Source of the DNA: the human T2T-CHM13v2.0 reference genome, Homo sapiens
DNA length: 64,000 bases
Reading direction: 5' to 3' (one strand)
NCBI RefSeq assembly: GCF_009914755.1
Contig: NC_060934.1
Part shown: positions 17,257-29,264 of the stretch, in pieces
Position numbering within the stretch: the stretch's first letter is position 1
Layout of the letters: the number at the start of each line of letters is the position of its first letter
Notes under the pieces: model-generated
Seen by the model: only the letters and a program-made list of their open reading frames with translations
Told to the model about the DNA's origin: nothing
Database searches by the model: none
Translations under genes and position numbers: made by a program

Positions 17257-17594
17257 TTATTCATCAAGGTTCTTCAGAGAAACCATGTGTGTATTTGTGT
17301 GTGTGTGTACATATATGCATGGCTGTATGTGTATGCACATAAGAGCAATAAATTTATTTTAAGAAATTACTGTTTCTTCCTCAGGGTACTTCAGTCTTTT
17401 TCTCTTAAATACTTCAACCGATTGGGTAAAGTCCACCCATATTATGGAGGGTAATTAGCTTTACTGAAAGTCTATTGATTTAAATGTTAGTCACATCTAA
17501 AAACTATATCTTCACAGCAACGTCTACACTGGCGTATGGCCAAGGACTGGCTAATGCAGCCCAGCCAAGATGACACATAAAATAAACCATCACA
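17257..17594 (-). mobile_element. MLT2-family (ERVL) LTR
   Basis: Ends ccagccaagatgacacataaaataaaccatcaca; cccatattatggagggtaat motif. Confidence 0.75.
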
Positions 17595-17599
17595 CCTAA

Positions 17600-17601
<2 letters not shown>

Positions 17602-17635
<34 letters not shown>
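17602..17635. repeat. (TG)n microsatellite
   Basis: Directly visible. Confidence 0.97.
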
Positions 17636-17638
<3 letters not shown>

Positions 17639-19538
17639 AGTGGTTTTAGTATAGAAGAAATATGGTATTATTGAATCTGGATGCAACTATCTCCCTTTTT
17701 TGAAAAGTTCACTTTCCTGGGGCTATATTAAAGTGATATTGAAATGAAGATATTCTCTGACAACACTGGGTACATTTTTTAAATGTATTTTTTTAAGACA
17801 GACTAACAAAAACCCTAACAATTATTATGTAATGTGTGGGTTTTCTAATGAAAAAAATAGCAGAGATCACATCCTTAATAACTTGAGTGAGAGTCATTGT
17901 AAACAGAGATGATTCAATAGAGGTGCAGCTCAGAGGGTTCTGGTTGCTTCCAAGAATCAGAATCTGCCATAATTTCAGAAATACTGGGAAGCTTAATATG
18001 GAAGAAAATGATTCCCAAAGCTGCACATAAGTATTTGGGAAAAAGAATAAACCATCATTGGTTTTGGAAGGAGATGAATGGCTTTTTCAGAACAAGGTAA
18101 CCAAGATTTCTTTGAAATGCATTAATTTAAAATGGAAAAAAATAAAACATTTGTCTTATTTTAATAACTTTTTTTCCCCCGAGAATATTGAGAATGAGAA
18201 AATGCCATTCCACAGATTTTAGATCTACTGAGACCAAGATTTTATCCGAAGTAATTGATTTGAGAGGTGATTCCAGGAAGCACCATTGGAGGAGTGAACA
18301 ATTTCAGAAGAGCCTGTGAAGAATGAACTGATAAGCACATTACTACAATAGGCAGCCAGGGCTGAGCCTTGCTGTTGAAACTTTGGGAAATAGCATAGAA
18401 TAGGTCTTAGAATTACAACAATTAATGTTTGTCAGTGATTGAGGAGTGCTTCTGATGGCACCAAACCCTGCCCTCCCAAATAGGCATTCTGGTTTGTGCA
18501 AGTGCTGTATGCACCTCAAAACTGAGAAAGCCTTCAGGCCATCATTTCTGGAATTGCTCATCTATGGTTATTGATGTGTATGAAAGTAACTAGAATCACC
18601 ATAGCAAATTCTTTGCATACCAGACACACTCTGCCATAGTCTCCTTTTTTAGGAGTACTCTAATTAAGATAATTAGAGTCATCCTTGTTTTCTTACCAGT
18701 CTGCCAGCCTGAGGAATCTGCCAAAATAAAGTGGCAGCATATTCTTAGGTTTAATAAAACCTTTACTATGTTCCCTCATAGAAGCATCCCCACCCCCAAC
18801 TTATCTCCCTGTGGGGACTAAAACTTCTCAGTCTGCAGAGGCTAAAGTTGTTAGAACAGAAAAAAATAAAATAAAACTTTTCCAAATAAATCACTGACAA
18901 TGCTAGGGAGTGGTGCCTCTTAGATTCTCCTCCTTTATTTCCAGACCCATTTTGTTTGTAGCTATCTGGGACAATTAACTATATAATGGCCATTGGTTCA
19001 AAGTATGTTCCACAACTTGAAGGCATCATCCCAGATTTGCTCACGGGTCTTCCCCTAACTGGTACTTAAATTGTACCTTAAAAGTACCATTCCAGTTAGG
19101 CCATTAGCTTCTGAGGGTTGCAGTATTTGATAGGACCAGTAAATCTTACGGAGAAGTGCTCAGCACTTTGCCTTCCTGATTGTAAATTGTGCTTGGTCTA
19201 AGCATTTGAATGAGGAATCCCATGTTGGTATATCATTCTGTGAGTTCTTGGCTTAAAGTACTGGCCAAGACATAGTGAGCATGAAAGAAACACTCATAAT
19301 TGAAGTGTATATTCAATTTCAGCTTATCGCTTTGTGCCATTGAATATTCACTTGATGACTTTTTCTAGCCAGTAGTACATGGCAGAAGAAACATTGTGCT
19401 AACACTGCCGCAGCTTGTTATTTGCCATTTGGCCAGGAATGTGAGTGAGGCTACCTAAGACCAATCCTTATCAGCTAGCCTCTCATCTTACCCCAGAGGC
19501 ATAAGTAAGTCTGATATCAACCAAACTTAATCCAGATC

Positions 19539-19994
19539 TTTCATGCGTGTCCCTGTGAAGAGACCACCAAACAGGCTTTGAGTGAGCAATAAAGCTTTTA
19601 ATCACCTGGGTGCAGGTGGGCTGAGTCCGAAAAGAGAGTCAGTGAAGGGAGATAAGGGTGGGGCCATTTTATAGGATTTGGGTAGGTAAAGGAAAATTAC
19701 AGTCAAAGGGGGTTTGTTCTCTGGCGGGCAGGAGTGGGGGTCGCAAGGTGCTCAGTGGGGGTGCTTTTTGAGCCAGGATGAGCGAGGAAAAAGACTTTCA
19801 CAAGGTAATGTCATCACTTAAGGCAAGGACTGGCCATTTACACTTCTTTTGTGGTAGAATGTCATCAGTTAAAGTGGGGCAGGGCATATTCACTTCTTTT
19901 GTGATTCTTCAGTTACTTCAGGCCATCTGGGCTGGGTGTATACATGCAAGTCACAGGGGATGAGATGGCTTGGCTTGGGCTCAGAGGCCTGACA
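19539..19994 (-). mobile_element. HERV-H solo LTR (LTR7, LTR7up-type)
   Basis: 456 bp; minus strand tgtcaggcctctgagcccaagccaagcc...cgcatgaaa; perfect 5-bp TSD agatc at 19534-19538 and 19995-19999. Confidence 0.96.
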
Positions 19995-20496
19995 AGATCA
20001 GCAGAAGCATCCTGTTGACTACAGAGCAATAATAAATGGGCGTTGTTTCAAGTCACTAAATTTTGGGATAGCTTTTTGAATAGCTTGTTATGGAGCAAAA
20101 GGCAAATAATATAAGTGAGGACCACAAGCCTGGTATCATAAAATAATTGTTGTTTATCTCAAATTTAAATTTAATGGGATGTATGCATTTTATATCTGGT
20201 ACCTCTAGTTCTGAGACAAAGTAATTTTGACAAAGTTATTCCCACACATCAGATAAATAACAGACATTTGTAACTAGAAGGTGTTGTGTGATAGAAGACC
20301 TGGGTCTCTCTGTGTTATCTAAATCATGGGGAAAGAATAAGGACTAAGTAATGTTTGGATTACTTCTATTTATTTTTTTTTAATCTTATCATCTTCTTCA
20401 CTTGTTTCAGTTTGAAGTCACCCTCTCATCCCACACACCAGAATTAAACTATAGTCCACAATTGAAAATTATAAAGACTGGACGTAAATGATTTTT

Positions 20497-22387
20497 ATAT
20501 AAAACATTTATTTTAAATTTATTTTTAATTTTTAAACGTTTGTGGGTGCATGGTAGGTGTCTATATTTATAGGATACACAAGGTGTTTTGATACACACAT
20601 GCAATGTGAAATAAGCACATCATGAAGAATGGGGCATTCATTCCTTCAAGCATTTATCCTTTGAGTTACAAAGAATCCAGTTACACTCTAAGTTGTTTTA
20701 AAATGTACAATTAAGTTATTATTGACTATTGTCACCCTCCTTTGCTATCAAATAGTAGGTCTTATTCATTCTTTCTATTTTTTATACCCGTTAACCATCC
20801 CCACCTCCCTCCCAATCCCCTACTACCCTTCCCAGCCTCTGGTAACCATCCTTTTACTCTCTTTCCATAAGTTCAATTGGTTTGGTTTTTAGATCCCACA
20901 AATAAGTGAGAACATGTGATGTTTGTCTTTCTGTGCCTGGCTTATTTCACTTAACATAATGATCTCCAGTTCCATCCATGTTGTTGCAAATAACTGTATC
21001 ATATTCTTTTTACAACTGGATACTACTCCATTGTATAAATGTACCACATTTTCTTTATCCATTCATCTGTTGATAAACTCTTAGGTTACTTCCAAATCTT
21101 AGGTATTGTAATCAGTGCTGCAACAAACATAAAAGTGCAGCTCACGTATGTTTATTGCGGCACTATTCACAATAGCAAAGCCTTGGAACCAACCCAAATG
21201 TCCGTCAATGATAGACTGAATCACCAAAATGTGGCACATATACACCATGGAATACTATGCAGCCATAAAAAGGATGAGTTCATGTCCTTTGTAGGGACAT
21301 GGATAAAGCTAGAAACCATCATTCTGCGCAAACTATCACAAGGACAGAAAACCAATCACCGCATGTTCTCACTCATAGGTGTGAATTGAACAATGAGAAC
21401 ACATGGACACAGGAAGGGGAACATCACACACTAGGGCCTGTTGTGGGGTGGGGGGAGGGGGGAGGGATAACATTAGGAGATATACCTAATGTAAATGATG
21501 AGTTAATGGGTGCAGCACACCAACATGGCACATGTACACATATGTAACCTGCACGTTGTGCACATGTACCCTACAACTTGAAGTATAGGAATAAAAAAAA
21601 AGAGTGCATCTATCTCTTCAATATACTGATTTACTTTCTTTTGGGTATATACTCCTCAGTGGGATTGCTGCATCATATAATAGCTCAATTTTTTAGGTTT
21701 TTGAGCAACCTCCAAACTGTTCTCCATAGTGATTACACTAATTTACATTCCCACCAACAGTGTACAAGGGTTCCCATTTCTCCACATCCTCACCAGCATT
21801 TGTTATTACCTGTCTTTTGAATAAAGGCCATTTTAACTGTGGTGAGATATCTCACTGTAGTTTTGATTTGCATTTCTTTGATGATCAATGATGTCGAGCA
21901 CCTTTTCATATGTCCATTGGCCATTTGCATGTCTTTTTTTAAGAAGGATCTATTCAAATATTTTGCTGATTTTTTCTATCAAATTGTTATTTTTTTCTTA
22001 TAGAGTTATTTGAGCTTCTTGTATATTCTGGTTATTAATCCTTTGTCAGATGCGTAGTTTGCAAATATTTTCTCTCATTCTGTGGGTTGTCTCTTTACTT
22101 TGTTGATTGTATTCTTTGCTGTGCAGAAGCCTTTTTACCTGATGTGATCCCATTTGTACATTTTTTGTTTTGATTGCCTGTGCTGTGGGGTGTTGCTCAA
22201 TAAATTCTTGCCCAGACCAAAGTCCTGGAGTTTTCCCAGGACAGTCTGTTTTCTTGTAGTAGTTTCTACTTTGAGGTGTTAGATTGAACTCTTTAGTCCA
22301 TTTTGATTTGATTTTTTAATATGGTGAGAGAGAGGCATCTAGTCTCATTATTCTGCATTTGGATATCCATTTGCTCCAGCACCATTT
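20497..22387 (-). mobile_element. 5'-truncated L1MA2/3-like element carrying a nested L1PA
   Basis: L1MA-type 3' UTR; degenerate TSD gac(g/a)taaatg(a/g)ttt at 20481 and 22388. Confidence 0.88.
21143..21600 (+). mobile_element. L1PA (about PA5) 3' fragment inserted antisense into the L1MA
   Basis: L1PA 3' UTR with A-tail; TSD aaaagtgcagct (21131-21142) / aagagtgcatct (21600-21611). Confidence 0.92.
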
Positions 22388-22653
22388 GACATAAATGGTT
22401 TCTTAACAGTCTTGTGCAAATTCAGCCATTTAATATTTTTGTTGAAAATCACAACACTGGCCATTGCAATTGGATGATATATAAATATTAGTTAATTCAT
22501 GAAAATCGCTATTTATCTACTTCTGCGTGCCAAGAACTACACTAAGTAACATGTATCATTTCATATTATTTAACAACTCCAACATTGTAAAGTATTAAAT
22601 CCATTCCATATACAAAGATAATAGATTCCACCAGGATTAAGTGGTCTTTCCAA

Positions 22654-22960
22654 GGCTGGGCACAGGGGTTCATGTCTGTGATCCCAACACTTTGGGAGGC
22701 TGAGGCAGGATGATCACTTGAGCCCAGGAGTGTGAGACCAGCCCGGGCAAAAAAGTGAGACTCTGTCTCTACAAAAAGTAAAAAAATTATCCAAGTGTAG
22801 TGGAATGTAACTGTAGTCCAGCTACTGAGGAGACTGAAGCAGAAGGATTGCTTAAGACCAGGATCTCAAAGCTGCAGTGAGCCATGATTGTGCCACTTTA
22901 CACCACACTCCAGCCTGGGCTGGATAGAGTGAGACCCTGTCTCAAAAAAAGAAAAAAAAA
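22654..22960 (+). mobile_element. AluJ
   Basis: ggatgatcacttgagcccagg and gctgcagtgagccatgattgtg diagnostics; degenerate TSD ending tttccaa. Confidence 0.9.
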
Positions 22961-23470
22961 GTGTCGTTTCCAAGATCTTAGAGTTAGTGAGTGGTAGAGT
23001 AGAATTAAAATGTAACAACAGAACTTCCTTTGACTCCAATACCCCTCCCCCTGCCTGAGTGGTTCCACTGAAATTTAATACAGGAGGTGCAAACACAATT
23101 GCTTAGATGTGCCTTTTCAATGATATTTTTGAAAAACTGAATATTCAATAATTTTTTGAGAACATTAACTGGGCCTCTAACAGCAAAAAAATATGACTTT
23201 CCTAACAATTTCCTTGACTTGTTTTTTTTTTTTTTTGTTTTGAGGGAAAGTGCATTTTTTTTCTTGTACTCTATTGAATTCACTTATCTCCTTTGCTGCT
23301 GAGAGAACCAACGTGATCACTCTCAGAATTTTTTTCCCTGGAAAAAAATTGTTTGTCTTTACTTGCAACCTTTTATCTTATCCAAGACTTATCCAATTCC
23401 TTACTGTCTATATTTTCTTTTGGCATCTATACGATGGGTATAAAAATATTGTCAGCTGGAAGCAGTGGCT

Positions 23471-23551
23471 GGCCGGGCGCGGTGGCTCACGCCTGTAATC
23501 CCCACACTTTGGGAGGGCAAGGTGGGTGGATCACCTGACTCAGGGGTTCAA
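23471..23551 (+). mobile_element. Alu 5' fragment (about 80 bp)
   Basis: ggccgggcgcggtggctcacgcc...ggttcaa, then abruptly unique sequence. Confidence 0.9.
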
Positions 23552-26082
23552 CAGAACTAGAATAAGATGAGTTAAGGAAGAAACCATGCTCCATGTGCTA
23601 TGTATCTTATTTTCTTGAATATACATAAATGAAGCAAAATACACATAAAGTTGCAGGTGATCGCTGTTGATGTAGCAAATGCATCACTGAATCATTACCA
23701 TTATTTAAACTGTAATAATTCAGGACTAATTCTGACAAACAGAGGGTAGTTTTTTTCATTTGTTAAAATGATTTTAACCATGGCATCAGTGTACACATAG
23801 TTTACCATTTACACAGCCAGGCTTCTTTGAAATTATAGGGAGCATTATAATTATTTTAGGAATGTGGTGTCAGTGAAGAATTTAAATCATATAAAACTTT
23901 GTACATAAAGTAAAATTGTATCAATATGTTGTATCAGACTATTTTAAAATAACACAATTTGCTAGGCATAAAAGTCAGCCATTCTGATGGACTGGTTAAA
24001 TCCCAACGATTTTGTAGAGGCCGACTTCATTGTAGTCACCACTTATTAAATACAAGCACCAAGAGTAAGGTAAATTGACCTTAAATCTCATTTTTAAAGC
24101 AGCAGGTTATTCTTAATACAATTATTGTTAGTAATAATTATGAATTATTGCTTAACTCTGGAACTTACATAAATTTGGTGTATAAGGAATGGATTCATCC
24201 AACTCTCAAATGATCTGCTAATGGCAGCATTAGGCAGTCAGTTTGATTAATTTTTTAAATGAATATACTTAAATATAAACTAATGTTTCTTGTGACCACT
24301 AGCTGACACTTAGGCCCTCAAAGAGTGGAAAAGCTGTTGGGAGTCATTTAATCCCCAAATCTCTGATGTAACTAATTTAGGAAGAAGGAAATGATCTAAC
24401 TCTACATTACCAATGCTCTTTGACAAGCATCATAGGAAACAGAAACATGAAAAATTTTCAATAACATCTTCCTTTACTTCAAAATCTAGGCCTTTCTGAG
24501 ACAGACTTTAAAAGAGTTATGATATTTACCATAGGTCCAATCAAAGTAAAACATGAAGAGAATATTACAATCAGATTATTTGGTCACAGCTATCTCAGCC
24601 AAGGTCCAGGGTCCACAAGAGTGTGTGGAAGCTGAGCTTGGTGCATAAAGATGACATTATTCATTCATAGTTTATAATTATGACAGAGATGACTATATTA
24701 ATGTTAACAGCAACTACTTTTAAATAAGTGTTCAATGTATATGAGACATTGTGATAATGCCTTTAGTTCAGGTAGAGAACATTGTGATAAGTGCTTATCT
24801 TTAGTTCAAATCAGTAGTTATTATTGTTCCCACTGAAAGATAGGAAAGATTAGAGCTGCAGAGACCAATTTGCCTAAGGTCATTGATAAAAATGGTTAAA
24901 TCCTGAGTTTGTACAGAAATCTGGAAAGCTATAGTCTTATTTTGCCTATCTTTATTTCTATCATATACATAATAAAAATATTCAAATAAGTCTATTTTTG
25001 ATAAAATTCAGGGAATGAAAAAGAACAACAGATATTTCAAATTAAAAATTATGAGTTTATTTTCATGTTATGTCACTGGCTAATAATATGACATTGGACA
25101 AGAAACTGACTCTCTGGGGCTCATTTTCATCATATGTCAAAGGATGCAATAATACATTAAAATTTTGATACTATGCATGTAAATATGTAATAGCATCAGA
25201 ATGATCATCAGCATCACTTATTCTTCTTCTATTACCTTCTTCCTTCTTTTATAACATTATAATATTTATCAATGCTTTAAGTTAAATCCTATTATTCTCT
25301 TAAACTTATTATAAATACTAGATTCTCTCTGATCATGCCCAAAAAAGGTCTCAATTTTTTGCATTATCACTACTGGTATGTGGCTTAATTTTCCCATAAT
25401 ATGACTTTCTTAAAAGCAAGTTGTGACATCAACAACCTAACATCCAAATTAAAGATTGATTACTTTTAACTTGTTACAATGAGATTAACATATAGACCAA
25501 ATATATTAAATAAAAGGCTGTCGAGATCTTACATTTTTCTTCTTTCCAATGTTCTGCAGTTTCTAATGATCTGATTTGTAGCACCTAGGCAGAGTGAAGA
25601 AAGGACTGTTTGTTCTGATATGAAGGGCCATAAACTAGTGATTTCATTTCCGGTTTTTGTTGTTAGGGAAAATTTTGGCCATTTCTGCAGACATGAAAGG
25701 TTGATACTCAAAACATCAGCTTACTTTTCTTTTCTTGTCATTCTATACTGTAAGACAATTGCTGTTGAATAAGAAAGATCGGAAAATGTTTGGAAGTCAC
25801 CTGCCATGGCAGCTTTGATATGCAACACCAGTAGCATGACAGGAAATTGGGAGATAGCATTAAAGCATTATCTACAAGACAGAAAAGGTTTAGAGGAACT
25901 ATGACATCTACATCTGTTCCTTATTATTTTTTGAGCCTTCTCTTAGTGTCTATTTTCCATGTGAGTCAATATTTGAAAAGCCTTTGCAGAGAAGCACAAA
26001 TAAACTTTGTATTCTCTTAAATTCATAAATCCTACCATGTAATTTGCACTATAATATTTTTTACTTCAATTATCCATCTGTA

Positions 26083-26640
26083 TTGTGTTAGGCAAGATAA
26101 TGGTCCACCAAATATGCCTGAATCTTAATCCTCAGAAGTTGTGAATCTCTTACTTTACATGAGTAAAGGGATTTTGCTAATATGATTAAGTTCAGAATAT
26201 TGAGTTGTGGAGATTAATGGGGATTATCAAGTTGTGCCCAATGTAATCACAATGTTTTTGTAAGGGAAAAAAAAAAAGAGAAATGAGAGAGTCATCCAGG
26301 GAAGAAATGAGAAGATAAAACAGGTTGGAGTGATGCAGGACCATAAACAAAGGAATGAGAGCAGCCTATAGAATTGGAAAAGACAAGAAAATGAATTTTT
26401 CTCTAGTGCCTCCAGAAGGAATGGAACCCATTTTATTTAGTCTTCTTACCCACAGAGTTGAGTGATAGTAAATGTGTGTTGTTTTAAACTACTAAGTGTG
26501 TGGTAATTTTCTATAGCAATAATAAGGAAGTTGTTAGCTGGAATAAAATACTGCTGTACCAAATACCTAAAAATATGGAGTTGGCTACAGAATTGACAAT
26601 GGGCAGAGGACAGAAGAATTTTGAGAAGCAGAATGGGAAT
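26083..26640 (+). mobile_element. MLT1D-like LTR plus start of MaLR internal sequence
   Basis: cttactttacatg...attttgc...tgattaagtt and aaatgtgtgttgttttaa motifs, followed by aaatacctaaaaatatggag. Confidence 0.7.
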
Positions 26641-26862
26641 GGTCTATATGATTTATGTATAAATCTATGTAAATATATGAACTAATGTGTGTGTGTATAT
26701 GTATATATTCCCATTTAGGTCAGAAGATGTTCCAGATTTTGTTTTCTCTTTTTTATTTACTGAAATTACCTGTATGAACACGTATGTTACCAACAACTGC
26801 GGTGCTGAAAGTGTGCCTGACAGGTTTATAAGAATTTTACACATATATATGTTATATATACA

Positions 26863-27021
26863 TAGACAGTCCCAACTTACAGTAGTTTGACTTATAATTT
26901 TTTGGCTTTATGATGGGTTTATCGAGATGTAACCCTATCATAAGTCTAGGAGCATCTGGATTTACTTTTTACCTTTGGTGGATTTAGCAGGATGTAATCC
27001 CATTGTAAGTTGAAGAGCATC
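26863..27021 (-). mobile_element. MER47/Tigger-type DNA-transposon MITE with a duplicated terminus
   Basis: gatgggtttatc..gatgtaaccc.atc.taagt..aggagcatct terminal motif present twice. Confidence 0.65.
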
Positions 27022-27902
27022 TCTATCTCTACCTGTGTGTGTGTACATATACATATGTTACATTTATTCTTTACTCTATTATATAATGACAACCAAATTC
27101 CTGTTTCTCATGAGAAAACTGGAGACTTAAATAAAGTAATGTCTTCTAAATGGCATAACATAACCAGTAAGAACTGTTGCCAGAACGTGAACCCCGATTT
27201 TGTTGCTTGCAGAGCCCACAATATTAACTGCCATGCTATACCGCTGTTAATCACTCTGCTTAATAAATACATCTCAATTTTAGTTGATTATTACGAGTAA
27301 TATGTGACCTATGAAAATTTTAAACCTCTGCTTTTAGATTACCTACTTCAAGAATACATAAGTATATCACATCAACTGGCACTGATTTTTATTTCAAGCT
27401 TATCGAACATCTGAGTGATATATTACAGGTATCTTCTTGAGTCCCCTTCTGTATATACACACAAACACATAAAAAACATTTTATTTAACAATTCTAGAAA
27501 ATAATTTTTTAAATAGAAACAGTTCACATATTTAAAGGTTGTCTCTGATCATGACTCTGAAGATAAGGAGTCACAGAAAAGTGCTTATGAACAATCAAAC
27601 TAATTTTCACAGTTTTAAATTTCTACCATTGATTTTTGAATGTGAGCCTGAGGATCAATATCATGCAATTACTAGCTATGTGGCTGAGACGCAAAAACCA
27701 TATTTTAAGGCAAATATGTGAAGGGAAGTGGCAGAATTTGTAAGCGAGTCCAACTGCTGCCCGCATCTGTAGCTTAGAATGTTTTTCTTAAGTTACATAT
27801 AGACATTATGCTATATAAATAATTTATTCTATTGAAGGTCATAATTCATTATCAGATAAAGCAAATAATAGGATTATTAACATTCATTCATATTAAGATA
27901 CA

Positions 27903-28381
27903 TAGGGGAGGCAGAATTTTACCTTTATGCTTTAGTTTAGTTTTTCCCAGCTAGGCCTGATAATTAAATTGACATAGAGAGATCAACAAGAGAAAGATAT
28001 ACAAATGTATTTAATGTAAGCTTTACCTGGCACAAGAAACTTCATAAGGAAATGAAGAGTTCAAAGGCAGACAGCTGAAAACTTATACACTGAATTGGAC
28101 AACAAATAGTGAGTTGTGAAAAAGAAACTAAATTATATGATGAGGCTTAAATAATGAGTTATTTCAACAAGGTCTACACAGAATTCTCTTGGTCTCAACT
28201 TCTTCATATTAAGAATGTTGCTTTCCTCCTAATATAGGGAGGGCATCTTTCATATAGGGAGTTTCATCTCCTGCTTTTAAGAAACAGCAGTAAGGTCAGA
28301 GGGATCTTGTACCTGCTGTTTCTCAAGTGCTTTAACTCAAAATTGTCAATATGCCAGAATGGGGTATTTTTTAATTCTTCA
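27903..28381 (-). mobile_element. ERV1-class LTR (family uncertain)
   Basis: aattaaattgacat..gagatcaacaagagaaa and cctgctgtttctcaagtg motifs recalled from MER-type LTRs. Confidence 0.45.
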
Positions 28382-29222
28382 GATCTGGATTAAGATGTAT
28401 TTCCTGAAAAAACCAAGGATCAACTATAATGTATTTTCCATTGAAAATAGTTCAGAAAATGTTAATATTTTTAAAAGTTAATTTCATCAGTGGAATAAAT
28501 TATTATCCAGGAAAAGACTTTTAGTAAGTGGAGTATATCTTTAGATAGTCATTAATAGATAATAAAATTGGAAATGCATTACTACTTCTTTTTTACACTG
28601 ACCCTTAAAATTAATGGATTAGGAAAATCCCTGAAACCAAAAATTAGAGGCAGAGAAAAACCTGACAAATCTAAAATAAACATATGTACAATAGAACCAA
28701 TTGTAGAGTGGAGTTAGATTTACCTTTTTTGAAGAATTATGAGGATATCTATGAATGCTGCAAGAAATCTGGTGTCCAGAAGCATGTTTCCTTTTGTTAA
28801 GTTTAAAACTCTCCTTGACAGCAGCTGACTGCAAATGATTCCAGGAGGTGGATAATAGCAATGAGTTAACTTAGCCTGGAAATCTTCCTATAGATAGCCA
28901 CTTTCATTGTTCATATTCTATGTCACCCCCACCCCCAGCGTATGACAGAAAAAATTATTTCAGGGACAGACCATTTTATTGAATTCAATCCAAATGCAAT
29001 ATAAACAGACATAATTTCCCATAAGCATATTCTCTCAGTCAGGTGATGGTGTTAAAATTTATCTCTGAGGGTAATGACTGGCTATTTCAAATGCTGATAT
29101 CTTCCCTCTGTGAGCGATAAAATTTTTTGATATCTAACAATGTACATTTAGACTGTGCTTTTTTCTTGAAGTGTTAATTTGTTCCAGTTTCAGTGCTGTT
29201 TTGCAAAATTAGCCAAGATATT

Positions 29223-29253
<31 letters not shown>

Positions 29254-29264
29254 AAGTGTGTGTG
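29223..29264. repeat. Interrupted (TG)n microsatellite
   Basis: Directly visible. Confidence 0.95.

Noticed and set aside
18220-19330. Possible ERVL-type LTR/internal relic
   Set aside because: Resemblance too weak to set boundaries or family by eye.
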